Positions 17,344 to 26,708 of a stretch of 59,122 nt of DNA are shown in pieces (within the stretch, counting starts at the first letter, position 1; each line of letters begins with the position of its first letter). A program made the position numbers and the translations under genes. The notes below the pieces were generated by a model. The model was not told the origin of the DNA. It searched no databases and saw nothing but the letters and a program-made list of their open reading frames with translations. The DNA is taken from the sequence record DRR378314_729, one strand, 5' to 3'.

Positions 17344-18988
17344 AAAGCGCCTCCTTGAAGGGATCATGGCCGAGGCGGGCCAACGTCTCGATAAACAATT
17401 CGTTCTTGTCGGAGCGCAGGTCGCGATAGGTATCCACGACGCGCTTCAGCGCGTTCGGAACATCATCGGCTTTCAAGCCCGGCCCGGCAATCGAGCCGAT
17501 CGCGGCCTTCTCATCGGCGCGGCCGCCAAAGGTGATCTGATAGAATTCCTCACCTTTCTTATCGACGCCCAGAATGCCGATATGGCCGATATGGTGGTGA
17601 CCACAAGCGTTGATACAGCCGGAAATATTGATGTGCAGGCGGCCAATATCCTCTTGATAATCAGGATCAGCGAAGACTTGCTGGACAGCCTGACCAACGG
17701 GAATGGACCGGGCATTGGCAAGGTTGCAATAGTCGAGGCCGGGGCAGACGATCATGTCCGTAATCAGGCTCTCATTGGCGGTGTGAAGGCCAGCCGCTTT
17801 CAGCTCGCGGTACACATCCGGCAGGTCATCCAGCGCCACATGCGGAAGGACGAGGTTCTGGGCGTGACTAACGCGGATATCATCATACGCATAGGTCTCA
17901 GCCAGATGCGCGACCGTCATCATCTGCGCATCCGTCGCGTCCCCGGCAAGACCGCCAACCGGCTTCAGGCTCACCGTAACAGACGCGTAACCATCTGTTT
18001 TGTGCGGATGCAAGTTCACGCGCGCCCAGCGCGCAAACTCCGGATCTTCGGCCTTGAGCGCCTCGAATGCATCAGACGTTGCAGGTTTTTCAGCCAGGGC
18101 CGGAGGCGCGAAATAGGCGTGAATCCGATCAATCTCCGCCTGCGGAAGATCGATCTTCTCCTGCGGGCGTTGCGCCGCATATTCTTCTTCCACCAGGCGG
18201 CGGAACTCGCCTTCACCCAGCTCACTCACCAGAATCTTGATGCGCGCCTTGTACTTGTTGTCCCGGCGACCGAAGCGGTTGTACACGCGCATGATTGCTT
18301 CGAGATAGTCGAGCAGTTCGGCTTCAGGCACGAATTCGTTCACGAGCGTCGCCAGATGTGGCGTACGCCCCTGCCCGCCACCGACATGCACTTCAAACCC
18401 GACAACGTCGCCGCGTTTGCGAATGTGCAGGCCAATATCGTGCACGCGGATCGCGGCCCGGTCATGCTCGGCGGCCGTGACCGCAATCTTGAATTTCCGT
18501 GGCAGGAAAGCGAATTCCGGATGAAATGTGCTCCATTGGCGGATGATCTCGCACCACGGACGTGGGTCCATCAATTCATCTTTTGTCGCCCCCGCAAAAT
18601 GGTCAGACGTCACGTTGCGGATGCAATTCCCCGAGGTCTGAATTGCGTGCATCTCTACTTCCGCGAGCTTCGCCAGCACATCGGGAATATCTTTCAGGGC
18701 AACCCAGTTGAACTGAATGTTCTGACGAGTCGTGAAGTGGCCATAACCACGGTCATAGTCCCGCGCGACAACTGCGAGCTGGCGCAGCTGACGACCGCTC
18801 AACTGGCCATAGGGAATGGCAACACGCAGCATATAGGCATGTAGCTGGAGATACACTCCATTCTGCAAGCGCAGGGGTTTGAACTCATCTTCGAGCAGCG
18901 TTCCAGCCAGGCGGCGTTCCACCTGCCCCCGGAATTGCGCGACACGCTCGGACACGATCCGAGCATCAAATTCATCATAACGATACAT
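17330..18988 (-). CDS. cysI: Sulfite/nitrite reductase hemoprotein
   Basis: LRLQNGVYLQ, HFTTRQNIQ, TSGNCIRN, LPRKFKIA, CPGLDYC, ISGCINACG. Confidence 0.93.
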   Translation of the reverse strand: MYRYDEFDARIVSERVAQFRGQVERRLAGTLLEDEFKPLRLQNGVYLQLHAYMLRVAIPYGQLSGRQLRQLAVVARDYDRGYGHFTTRQNIQFNWVALKDIPDVLAKLAEVEMHAIQTSGNCIRNVTSDHFAGATKDELMDPRPWCEIIRQWSTFHPEFAFLPRKFKIAVTAAEHDRAAIRVHDIGLHIRKRGDVVGFEVHVGGGQGRTPHLATLVNEFVPEAELLDYLEAIMRVYNRFGRRDNKYKARIKILVSELGEGEFRRLVEEEYAAQRPQEKIDLPQAEIDRIHAYFAPPALAEKPATSDAFEALKAEDPEFARWARVNLHPHKTDGYASVTVSLKPVGGLAGDATDAQMMTVAHLAETYAYDDIRVSHAQNLVLPHVALDDLPDVYRELKAAGLHTANESLITDMIVCPGLDYCNLANARSIPVGQAVQQVFADPDYQEDIGRLHINISGCINACGHHHIGHIGILGVDKKGEEFYQITFGGRADEKAAIGSIAGPGLKADDVPNALKRVVDTYRDLRSDKNELFIETLARLGHDPFKEALYAAD

Positions 18989-19617
18989 TACGCAGCCTCT
19001 TTTGCATGCGGGATATTAAGCGCCGCTTCTGTGCGGCTGACCCATCGTTCGACGGAGGGAAATTCACTCAGGTCAAAGCCGCCTTCATGCGCGACGCGCG
19101 TATAGGCGACCAGCGCGATATCTGCGAGTGTCATCGCATCACCGACCAACCAGTCCGTATAAGTCAGTTGCAGCTCCATCACTCCGAGGGCGCGTCGTCC
19201 CCTGGCCATGAGCTGCGGATCGATCTGGTCCTCAGGTGTCTTGAGATAGTGTTTCTGGAATCGTCGCACGGCAATCGCCGTCTCATGCGAATACTGCTCC
19301 CAGAACAGCCAGCTCATCATCTGTGCTTTCTTGAATGAGTCCGCAGGTACCAACTCGCTACCAGCGTCTTCGGCGAGGTAAAGCATGATGGAGTTGGACT
19401 GCGGCAAAGCGCGGCCATCCGGCCAGCGCGCCAATGGCACCTGACCGGCCGGGTTCACAGACAAAAAGTCTTCCGTGCGCGTACCGCCTTGAAGAATGTC
19501 TACCTCAACCCAGTCATAAGCAATGCCCAGCAAGTCGGCCGTCCATTTCGGCTTCATGCAATTGCCGGAGATGGAGTCTCCGTAAAGGGTCAAACGCGTA
19601 ATCTCGCGATTTGGCAT
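18988..19617 (-). CDS. Glutathione S-transferase family protein
   Basis: SGNCMK, NPAGQVP, QSNSIMLYLA, WLFWEQYSHE, TLADIAL. Confidence 0.9.
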   Translation of the reverse strand: MPNREITRLTLYGDSISGNCMKPKWTADLLGIAYDWVEVDILQGGTRTEDFLSVNPAGQVPLARWPDGRALPQSNSIMLYLAEDAGSELVPADSFKKAQMMSWLFWEQYSHETAIAVRRFQKHYLKTPEDQIDPQLMARGRRALGVMELQLTYTDWLVGDAMTLADIALVAYTRVAHEGGFDLSEFPSVERWVSRTEAALNIPHAKEAA

Positions 19618-19922
19618 CAGCCAGCGTCCCCGTATGCAACGGTCGGCCCGGTCGCACGAATGGTCTCGCGCAACGTTTCCCGGCCTGTAATACCACCGGT
19701 TTCCGTGACTTCCATAAAGTAAGGGTCGGTAACCTGCCCTTCCTGGCCTTGCGCATCAGCAAGGCGGGCTTCGGCCTCCTCACCTGTGAACGCTCCGATC
19801 TGGGCTGGATCCTTCGTCCAGCCCCCATCGGCGGTCATCCAGACATTTTCACCTGTGGCCGTTTCCCAGGCGGTTACTGCCTTCGGGGTCTCTGGCTTAA
19901 GTTTCGGGCGGACGGATGTCAT
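19617..19922 (-). CDS. DUF2849 protein
   Basis: AVTAW...GENVWMTADGGW, DPY, LRETIRATGPT; usual position upstream of cysI. Confidence 0.85.
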   Translation of the reverse strand: MTSVRPKLKPETPKAVTAWETATGENVWMTADGGWTKDPAQIGAFTGEEAEARLADAQGQEGQVTDPYFMEVTETGGITGRETLRETIRATGPTVAYGDAG

Positions 19923-21325
19923 GCGAAAGTCTCCTGCTGGACCGGATTAGCCTGAGCGATTGTACCGCTGGCGAATGGCAAACCTGCCACTTTGCCAATG
20001 ATCAGCAGGGCCGGCCCCTTGATGCCGTTATCTGTGATGAGGTCCGGCAATTCCGCCAGGATTCCAAAAACCTGAATCTCATCGCGCCGCGTGCCATTCT
20101 CAATGACTGCAACGGGCGTGTCAGGCGCGCGCCCGGCTTCGATCAGCTTGTCTGTGATCGCGGCGGCTGTGCCAACGCCCATGAAGACTGTCACGGTCTG
20201 GTTCGGTTTGGCGAGAGATTCCCAGTCGAGGTCTGGCACACCGCCAGACTTTGCGTGTCCGGTCACGAAGGTCAGGCTCTGCGCATGATCGCGATGGGTA
20301 AGCGGCACGCCCGCCTGCGCTGCGCAGCCAAGCGCAGACGAAATGCCGGGCACGACAAACGCCTCAACGCCCGCGGCCAGGACAGCTTCCATTTCCTCAC
20401 CGCCACGACCGAAGATGAATGGGTCACCGCCTTTGAGGCGAACGACACGCTTGCCATCGCGCGCAGAGCGGATCAACATCTCGTGAATTTCTTCTTGGGG
20501 TACGGAGTGATCGCCCTTGCTCTTGCCAACCGGCACACGGTCCGCATCCCGGCGGATCAGAGTAAGAATCTCGTCACTCACCAGCCGGTCAAAGTAGACG
20601 ATATCGGCCTCCTGAAGCAGGCGTAGCGCTTTCAATGTTAGCAATTCCGGATCACCCGGACCGGCCCCGACCAAATGCACCACGCCCTGTGCGCGACGAC
20701 CATTGAGTGCGTCTCGCATAGCCTGCTCAGCAGCCTCCATCTCTCCCGCATAGGCAAGCTCAGCGGCCTTGCCATTCAGCACAGATTCCCAGAACTGCCG
20801 GCGCTCGCCAGCATTGGGCAATCTCTCCTTCACTTCGTCTCGCATCCGACCCGCCAGTTCAGCCAGATCACCGATCCGTGCCGGCAGCAGGCCTTCGAGC
20901 TTGGCGCGCACTGATTTTGCGAGCACAGGAGCAGATCCACCGGAAGCAACAGCCGCGACAATCTCACCCCGGTCCAGAATGGACGGAACGGTAAAATCGC
21001 ACAATTCAGGGCGGTCGACGACGTTCAGAGGCACCCCATATTGGCGCGCCCATGTGATCGATCGTTCTGTATTTTCGTCGATGCGGCAGGCGACAATCGC
21101 AAAGCGGGCAATATCCAGTGCCGGGCCAGCCTCGCTCTGAGGCGCGATCGTGATACGCCCCGCAAATTCCTCGGCGAAACCTGGATCGATATCTTTGCCA
21201 ATAATTACAGTGATTTGCGCTGGCGTCTTTGCGAGCAGGCGCACCTTGCGGCGCGCTTCTTCTCCGCCGCCAAACACGACGACGCGCGCGTCATCCATGT
21301 TGAAGAAAGCCGGGAACTGGCGCAT
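19919..21325 (-). CDS. cysG: Siroheme synthase
   Basis: GGGEEARRK, NVVDRPELCDF, VHLVGAGPGDPELLTLKA, RLKGGDPFIFGRGGEE; GAGG RBS before ATG 21325. Confidence 0.95.
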   Translation of the reverse strand: MRQFPAFFNMDDARVVVFGGGEEARRKVRLLAKTPAQITVIIGKDIDPGFAEEFAGRITIAPQSEAGPALDIARFAIVACRIDENTERSITWARQYGVPLNVVDRPELCDFTVPSILDRGEIVAAVASGGSAPVLAKSVRAKLEGLLPARIGDLAELAGRMRDEVKERLPNAGERRQFWESVLNGKAAELAYAGEMEAAEQAMRDALNGRRAQGVVHLVGAGPGDPELLTLKALRLLQEADIVYFDRLVSDEILTLIRRDADRVPVGKSKGDHSVPQEEIHEMLIRSARDGKRVVRLKGGDPFIFGRGGEEMEAVLAAGVEAFVVPGISSALGCAAQAGVPLTHRDHAQSLTFVTGHAKSGGVPDLDWESLAKPNQTVTVFMGVGTAAAITDKLIEAGRAPDTPVAVIENGTRRDEIQVFGILAELPDLITDNGIKGPALLIIGKVAGLPFASGTIAQANPVQQETFA

Positions 21326-21432
21326 GCGGGCGGACCTCATTTAGGTTAGCTGATCAGTCGAATGTCAAAATGGCTCTTGACGCGGCGGACGCAACCATGA
21401 ACCCCTACAGCGATCCTTTAGAGAAACTATCC

Positions 21433-22365
21433 ATGTCAGATCCAACCGACCGACTGCCTCCCCTGAATGCGCTGAGAGCCTTTGAAGCTGCCGCGCGGCG
21501 CCTGTCTTTCACGCAGGCTGCCGAGGAACTGAATGTCACGCCCGGCGCCATTTCACAACAGATAAGGCAGTTGGAGGAATACGCCGGAACGCCACTGTTC
21601 AAACGAACCGGCCGTTCAGTTTTGCTGACAGATGCCGCTCAGGCAAGCCTGCCCCTTGTGCGCGACGCATTTGAGAGAATTTCTGAAGCTGGCCGCATCA
21701 TGCAGGCGCCTGCGCGAAAAGGCCGGGTCATGGTTTCCTCGGCACCTTCCTTCGCCGCCAAATGGCTGGCCCCGCGTCTTGATGGGTTTCACCGGGACCA
21801 TGAGGACGTGGAAGCCTGGATCAGCGCAGATATGGGGCTGACTGATTTCACCACTGCCGATGCCGATTTTGCCATTCGCTACGGTCGCGGAAATTATGAC
21901 GGGCTGAAATCAGAAAAACTGATGGACGAGACGGTCCTGCCAGTTTGCTCCCCCGCCCTGCTGGACGGCCCTGACGCCATCCGCAAGCCATCCGATTTGC
22001 GCCATCACACGCTGATCCATGATGAAAGCAACGAAAATGATCCTTCCTGCCCGGATTGGGCAAGCTGGCTGCGCGCGCGCAATGTAACCGACGTGGATGG
22101 AAGTCGAGGGCCGCGCTTCAATCAGGCAATCCTTGTGATCGAAGCCGCAGCCGCCGGGCGCGGGGTCGCGCTCGCAAAACGCGCCATCGCCGCCGCAGAC
22201 CTTGCTTCAGGGCGCCTGGTTGCACCGTTTGCGGACGGCTCACACCTGATCGATTTCGGCTATTGGATTGTATATCCGAAAGGGCGTCACCTGACCCCGG
22301 ATGTACGTAATTTCATCAAATGGCTCAAAGCGGAAGCGACGAACAGCGAAGTTGTGGGCGTCTAG
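21433..22365 (+). CDS. LysR family regulator, GcvA-like
   Basis: LPPLNALRAFEAAARRLSFTQAAEELNVTPGAISQQIR; divergent from cysG. Confidence 0.9.
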   Translation: MSDPTDRLPPLNALRAFEAAARRLSFTQAAEELNVTPGAISQQIRQLEEYAGTPLFKRTGRSVLLTDAAQASLPLVRDAFERISEAGRIMQAPARKGRVMVSSAPSFAAKWLAPRLDGFHRDHEDVEAWISADMGLTDFTTADADFAIRYGRGNYDGLKSEKLMDETVLPVCSPALLDGPDAIRKPSDLRHHTLIHDESNENDPSCPDWASWLRARNVTDVDGSRGPRFNQAILVIEAAAAGRGVALAKRAIAAADLASGRLVAPFADGSHLIDFGYWIVYPKGRHLTPDVRNFIKWLKAEATNSEVVGV

Positions 22366-22811
22366 GGCTCATTGCCTTCCCAGTCGACAATCCAGTCTTC
22401 AGTGTCTTCTTCGAAAACCGTGTCTTCGGAAATCGTGCGTCCCCGGATGGAATGGCCCTCAGCGTGAATGCGCTCGCGATCCCCGCAGACCAGATGGTGC
22501 CACTCCGGCAAATCCCTGCCTTCATGAACAAGCCGGTAGGCGCACGTCTGCGGCATCCAGCGGATCTCCTCGACCTTTTGCGGGGTCAGGATCACGCAGT
22601 CTTCGACGATTTTCTTCCGGTTCTGATAGTCCGCGCACCGGCAAGTCTCACCATCAAAAAGGCGACAGTGCAGACGGGTATACGCTATCTCACCGGTGTC
22701 TTCGTCTTCCAGTTTCAATAAGCAGCACTTACCGCAGCCATCGCAGAGGGACTCCCACTCTTCCGACGACATTTCGGCGAGGGTTTTCGTCTGCCAGAAA
22801 GGCTGCGTCAT
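22362..22811 (-). CDS. YcgN/UPF0260 cysteine-cluster protein
   Basis: EWESLCDGCGKCCL, C...C.C..Y, WMPQTCAYR. Confidence 0.92.
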   Translation of the reverse strand: MTQPFWQTKTLAEMSSEEWESLCDGCGKCCLLKLEDEDTGEIAYTRLHCRLFDGETCRCADYQNRKKIVEDCVILTPQKVEEIRWMPQTCAYRLVHEGRDLPEWHHLVCGDRERIHAEGHSIRGRTISEDTVFEEDTEDWIVDWEGNEP

Positions 22812-23083
22812 ACGCGGAGCGCTGCCCATTCGGGCGTTTTCTCGATCAAGGCGGTGGCAAACCAGCAGGATGATGAAACCGTTTCACCCGCCGCAATGAT
22901 ATCTTCCATCGCAGCCGTCACCAGACGCTTGCCAAGCCCTTTGCCACCCAATTCGCCGGGCACGATCGTATGCGTGATATGTCGATGACCTGTGCGCGGA
23001 CGCTCATAGGTCAGATAGGCTTCCAGCCCGTCCTCGTAGTGGCTGTAGCGCATATGGTTCTCGTCGTGGGTAATCGCACTCAT
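22808..23083 (-). CDS. Small GNAT N-acetyltransferase (YjdJ-like)
   Basis: ITHTIVPGELGGKGLG, SSCWF. Confidence 0.85.
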   Translation of the reverse strand: MSAITHDENHMRYSHYEDGLEAYLTYERPRTGHRHITHTIVPGELGGKGLGKRLVTAAMEDIIAAGETVSSSCWFATALIEKTPEWAALRV

Positions 23084-23367
23084 GCAAGAATGTCCTGCCA
23101 TTCAGGGTGTTTCTGAATTTGAGCCTTCGCGAAGGGGCAGAGTGGTATGATCTTGATTCCATCGCGCCGGGCATCCTCAACCGCTTGTTTGACCAATGCC
23201 ACCCCGACACCAAGCCCACCCAACTCTCTTGGGACGCCGGTGTGATCAATGATGATCCGCTCTGTGCCTGCTCTGGAATAGGTCATTTCGGCCTCATGAC
23301 CGTTCACGACAGCAACGTAACGTCCTCCGGACTTTCCGTCCTCTCGCGTGATCTTGATCTCGGTCAT
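23080..23367 (-). CDS. Small GNAT N-acetyltransferase (YjdJ-like)
   Basis: IIDHTGVPRELGGLGVG, IIPLCPFA. Confidence 0.88.
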   Translation of the reverse strand: MTEIKITREDGKSGGRYVAVVNGHEAEMTYSRAGTERIIIDHTGVPRELGGLGVGVALVKQAVEDARRDGIKIIPLCPFAKAQIQKHPEWQDILA

Positions 23368-23422
23368 CCCGTTCACCTTCTGCTTTGACCCCTATGTGGC
23401 GTGCGCATAGCCGGTACGCAAG

Positions 23423-23451
23423 GAAAAGCCGCCCCTCTCGGGGCGGCTTTC
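23423..23451 (-). terminator. Rho-independent terminator after the CsbD-family gene
   Basis: GAAAAGCCGCCCC-TCTC-GGGGCGGCTTTC hairpin. Confidence 0.8.
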
Positions 23452-23471
23452 TCAGTTCAGGAAATGCCAGC

Positions 23472-23642
23472 CTATTTTTTCGTGGCATCCTTTACATCGC
23501 CTGCGGTGTCGCGGACTTCGCCTTCGGCTTTGTCCATTTTGCCTTCGGCCTGCATTTTCTTGTTATCTGTCATCTCGCCGACAGTTTCCTTGATTTCGCC
23601 TTCGGCTTTCTTTGCGGCGCCTTTGACATGCTCCTTGTCCAT
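23472..23642 (-). CDS. CsbD family general stress protein
   Basis: MDKEHVKGAAKKAEGEIKETVGEMTDNKKMQAEGKMDKAEG; AAGGAG RBS. Confidence 0.92.
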   Translation of the reverse strand: MDKEHVKGAAKKAEGEIKETVGEMTDNKKMQAEGKMDKAEGEVRDTAGDVKDATKK

Positions 23643-23694
23643 TTCAATCTCCTTCATGGGTTGTGTTCGGCCGCGTGAGTGCGGTCATCCAATC

Positions 23695-23719
23695 AACGCA
23701 CGTGAAGGCAGAGCGATCC
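23695..23719 (-). promoter_or_regulatory. EcfG-type promoter of the CsbD-family gene (one mismatch)
   Basis: Minus strand GGATC-N16-CGTT; csbD genes are typical EcfG targets. Confidence 0.6.
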
Positions 23720-23794
23720 GATTAAATCCTCTACAGGTTGCACGCGGCGCGCGAGGTCTGTTCAAACGCCCCCTGCCCAGCTACCTGCTGTGCA

Positions 23795-25645
23795 ATGACA
23801 CGCCTGCTGACCCACCCCACTATCGACTGGAAAGACGATGGCACACCCGTCGCGCGGGAGGCAGGTGACGTTTACTTCACGGCTGGCGACGGTCTGGCAG
23901 AAACGCGGGCCGTGTTCCTGAAGGGATGCGGCCTGCCAGAGGCCTGGACCGGCCGGGACGAGTTCACAATAGCCGAAACAGGCTTTGGGACCGGACTGAA
24001 CTTCCTGGCCCTGTGCGAATTGTGGCAGGCAAACCGCCCACATCCGGATGCCTGGCTTCATTTTGTCAGCTTTGAGGGGTTCCCACTCACCCGCGACGAC
24101 GCTGCCAGAGCGTTGAACACATGGCCGGAACTGAAGCCTTATGCAGATCGCCTGCTTGCGGCGTGGCCCGGGCCCATCCGCCGTGTGCATCATGAAGTCT
24201 GGCAAGATCTGGGCATAACACTCACGCTGCATCTGGGCGATATTCATGACACGCTGCCGCAAAGTCGATTTCAGGCGGACGCCTGGTTCCTTGACGGCTT
24301 CAGCCCTGCAAAAAATGAAGATATGTGGGCCGCCGAACTCTACGGCCGGATCGCGGCGCGATCGAAACCGGGCGCAGTCATCGGCACATTCACAGTCGCA
24401 GGCGCTGTTCGCCGCGGACTGGCGGATGCGGGCTTTAATGTTGCCAAGGCACAAGGGCATGGGCGAAAGAGAGAACGACTGGAAGCCACGCTACTCAATC
24501 CCCCCACCTCGGCTCAAGATGTATACGGACTTCGTGGAAGCGCTTCGACCGCGAAAAGAATCGCCATCCTCGGCGCTGGAATTGCTGGCGCCAGCGCGGC
24601 GCATGCGCTGTCCGTGCGTGGAGCGAATGTCACCGTCTTTGATCCAGCAGGCATCGCCAGCGGCGCAAGTGGCAACCCTCTCGCCTTGCTGATGCCGCGC
24701 CTTGATGCCGGCGACACGGTTCAGGCGCGCCTTTTGATCGACGCCTATCTTGCCGCTCGGCAAACCTATTCAGGTATGGATGGCGCGCATGAAACCAGTG
24801 TTCGTCAGATGCCGAAAGACACGGCAGAATTGAGCCGTTTTGCCAAACTGCTCGCTGACCCACCTCTGCCGCTGGAAGACCTCGAGGCCATTTCAGGCGG
24901 CGGTCTTCTGCACAAACGCGCAATGATTCTTGAGCCGCAGAAAATTGTCGCGAGCCTTCTCGAAGGTGTCCGGGTACAGATCGGGACCGTGAACATCGAC
25001 CTCCGCAACCGGACCGTAAATGGCGAGACCTTTGATGCAATCATCATGGCCAATGCCATGTCCGCCATTCAGCAGTTCGACTGGCTGAAACTGGAAGGCA
25101 GGCTTGGCCAGGTAGAGTTTGTAACCGGCGCAACACGCGTTGAGGCAGATGCTCTGGCCAGCGGACACTACGCCCTTGCCCTGAACGATGAGCGCTTATG
25201 GGGCGCGACGTTCGAAAAAATTCCGCAGGATGCCGACGCGACAACAGGCGACACAGCGCGAGAAGATAATGCTGAAGCCCTAAAAAAGCTCTCCCCGTGG
25301 TGGCGACGCGACGCGAAAGACCATCCGGTCACATCACGTGCAGCAATTCGCGCCACTACCGCCGACCGTCTGCCCCTGATCGGCGCCGTACCAAACCTTG
25401 AAGCGATGCTTGAAGCCTTTTCCGGATTGAGAACAGGGCGCGCCGCCGAAGCAGATGCACCTCTTTTGCCGGGAATATTCTTGGTGAATGGCTTTGGCGC
25501 GCGAGGGTTTACCTGGGGCCCCTGGGCGGGACGAATTCTCGCAGCAATGTGCCTGGGCGGACCAGTTGCCGCCGAGGTTTCGGCGCTGGAAGCCATCAGC
25601 CCCTCGCGCCTTATCGTGCGCGCCTTAAAGCGCGGTGAAATCTGA
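23795..25645 (+). CDS. mnmC: Bifunctional tRNA mnm5s2U34 methyltransferase / FAD-dependent oxidase
   Basis: [48 protein letters not shown]. Confidence 0.93.
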   Translation: MTRLLTHPTIDWKDDGTPVAREAGDVYFTAGDGLAETRAVFLKGCGLPEAWTGRDEFTIAETGFGTGLNFLALCELWQANRPHPDAWLHFVSFEGFPLTRDDAARALNTWPELKPYADRLLAAWPGPIRRVHHEVWQDLGITLTLHLGDIHDTLPQSRFQADAWFLDGFSPAKNEDMWAAELYGRIAARSKPGAVIGTFTVAGAVRRGLADAGFNVAKAQGHGRKRERLEATLLNPPTSAQDVYGLRGSASTAKRIAILGAGIAGASAAHALSVRGANVTVFDPAGIASGASGNPLALLMPRLDAGDTVQARLLIDAYLAARQTYSGMDGAHETSVRQMPKDTAELSRFAKLLADPPLPLEDLEAISGGGLLHKRAMILEPQKIVASLLEGVRVQIGTVNIDLRNRTVNGETFDAIIMANAMSAIQQFDWLKLEGRLGQVEFVTGATRVEADALASGHYALALNDERLWGATFEKIPQDADATTGDTAREDNAEALKKLSPWWRRDAKDHPVTSRAAIRATTADRLPLIGAVPNLEAMLEAFSGLRTGRAAEADAPLLPGIFLVNGFGARGFTWGPWAGRILAAMCLGGPVAAEVSALEAISPSRLIVRALKRGEI

Positions 25646-25834
25646 CTGGCCGAAAGAGCGGGCGATGCTCAGGCGAACACCCCCCTCCTCGTGCGGCGCG
25701 AAGGTCATCTGAAGCCCGCCGAACTCCAGATCCGTGTCACCATGCAGGCTGGAAACAAACAGTGTCATCATCAGGATGAGGACAGAAATGCCTCCAAGCA
25801 GCCAGTTGTTTGTCAGTAGCGTCCCCTTACGCAT
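25625..25834 (-). CDS. Small hypothetical membrane protein downstream of pspC
   Basis: 69 aa with one TM segment ([17 protein letters not shown]); AAGGA RBS; overlaps the mnmC end by 21 bp. Confidence 0.55.
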   Translation of the reverse strand: MRKGTLLTNNWLLGGISVLILMMTLFVSSLHGDTDLEFGGLQMTFAPHEEGGVRLSIARSFGQSDFTAL

Positions 25835-25879
25835 TTTTCCGGTCCTTCTTGTCGGAGAGTTGGGGTTATGGGCGTGGTC

Positions 25880-26326
25880 TTAGTTGCCGCGCTCCAGATC
25901 TCGGAATTCCTTGCGCAAGCGCCACTCGTCAGATGTGACTTTGCGTTCGATATCCCGCAGGCGTTCGTCGAGATCCATGAAAGTATATTTCAGCGTCCCG
26001 AACGTGGCTCTCGGGCGGTCATTCACACTGCGCCAGAATGCGTCTTCTTCCGGTGAGATGGAGCGACCGCCCAGCGGTGTCCGCGGCGTAATCATCCAGA
26101 CAACGATGTAAGCGATAATCGCGATCGGTCCTGCGATGAAGAAAAAAGCCAGAATAGCGAGTAGGCGAACGAGAATTGGCTCCCAGCCGAAACGTTCAGC
26201 CAGGCCGCCGCAGACACCGGCGATCACCTTGTCACGGCGCGAGCGATAATAACGCTTTGGGTTGGGAGATCCGTACCGGTCTTCACCGGGCTCAGTGTCG
26301 CGATACGGGCGGGAATGGCGGGTCAT
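25880..26326 (-). CDS. pspC: Phage shock protein C
   Basis: RSRRDKVIAGVCGGLAERFG, TM, YIVVWMITP, C-terminal LRDIERKVTS. Confidence 0.92.
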   Translation of the reverse strand: MTRHSRPYRDTEPGEDRYGSPNPKRYYRSRRDKVIAGVCGGLAERFGWEPILVRLLAILAFFFIAGPIAIIAYIVVWMITPRTPLGGRSISPEEDAFWRSVNDRPRATFGTLKYTFMDLDERLRDIERKVTSDEWRLRKEFRDLERGN

Positions 26327-26337
26327 AGGATTGGTCC

Positions 26338-26595
26338 TTAGTCGTCAAAAGTGGGGCGGGAAGAGCGCGGCGGGCGGCGGGGGCTGTCCGCCTCGCTCTG
26401 TTCAAGGAGGGATTCCAGCGTCTCGATCCGGCGCTCCATCGCGCGGGCCGAACGCCAGAGATCCTCCATTATGCGCTCATCGTCCGGCATCAGGGTTTTC
26501 TGCTTCCGCCACAGAGTAATGTAGTGGAAAATCATACCGGGAAAGACGATGAAGAGCGCAACAATCGCTACGATGGGGATGAGAATTTCGTCCAT
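26338..26595 (-). CDS. pspB: Phage shock protein B
   Basis: N-terminal TM, FHYITLWR, AMERRIETLESLL. Confidence 0.9.
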   Translation of the reverse strand: MDEILIPIVAIVALFIVFPGMIFHYITLWRKQKTLMPDDERIMEDLWRSARAMERRIETLESLLEQSEADSPRRPPRSSRPTFDD

Positions 26596-26705
26596 CAGGC
26601 GGCCTCTTCCATGGTTGCGCGGCGCTCAGCACGGACCTGAGCGATCAGGCCAGGTGCACAAACAAGCGTCATGAAGCCAACGAGGCAGGCGAGCGAAAAT
26701 AACAT
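26595..26705 (-). CDS. Small hydrophobic ORF (36 aa) between pspA and pspB, not in the ORF track
   Basis: MLFSLACLVGFMTLVCAPGLIAQVRAERRATMEEAA*; GGAGG RBS in the pspA tail; TGATG coupling to pspB. Confidence 0.7.
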   Translation of the reverse strand: MLFSLACLVGFMTLVCAPGLIAQVRAERRATMEEAA

Positions 26706-26708
26706 CGA

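Noticed and set aside
17321-18844. 507-aa plus-strand ORF
   Set aside because: Antisense to cysI with no recognisable domain.
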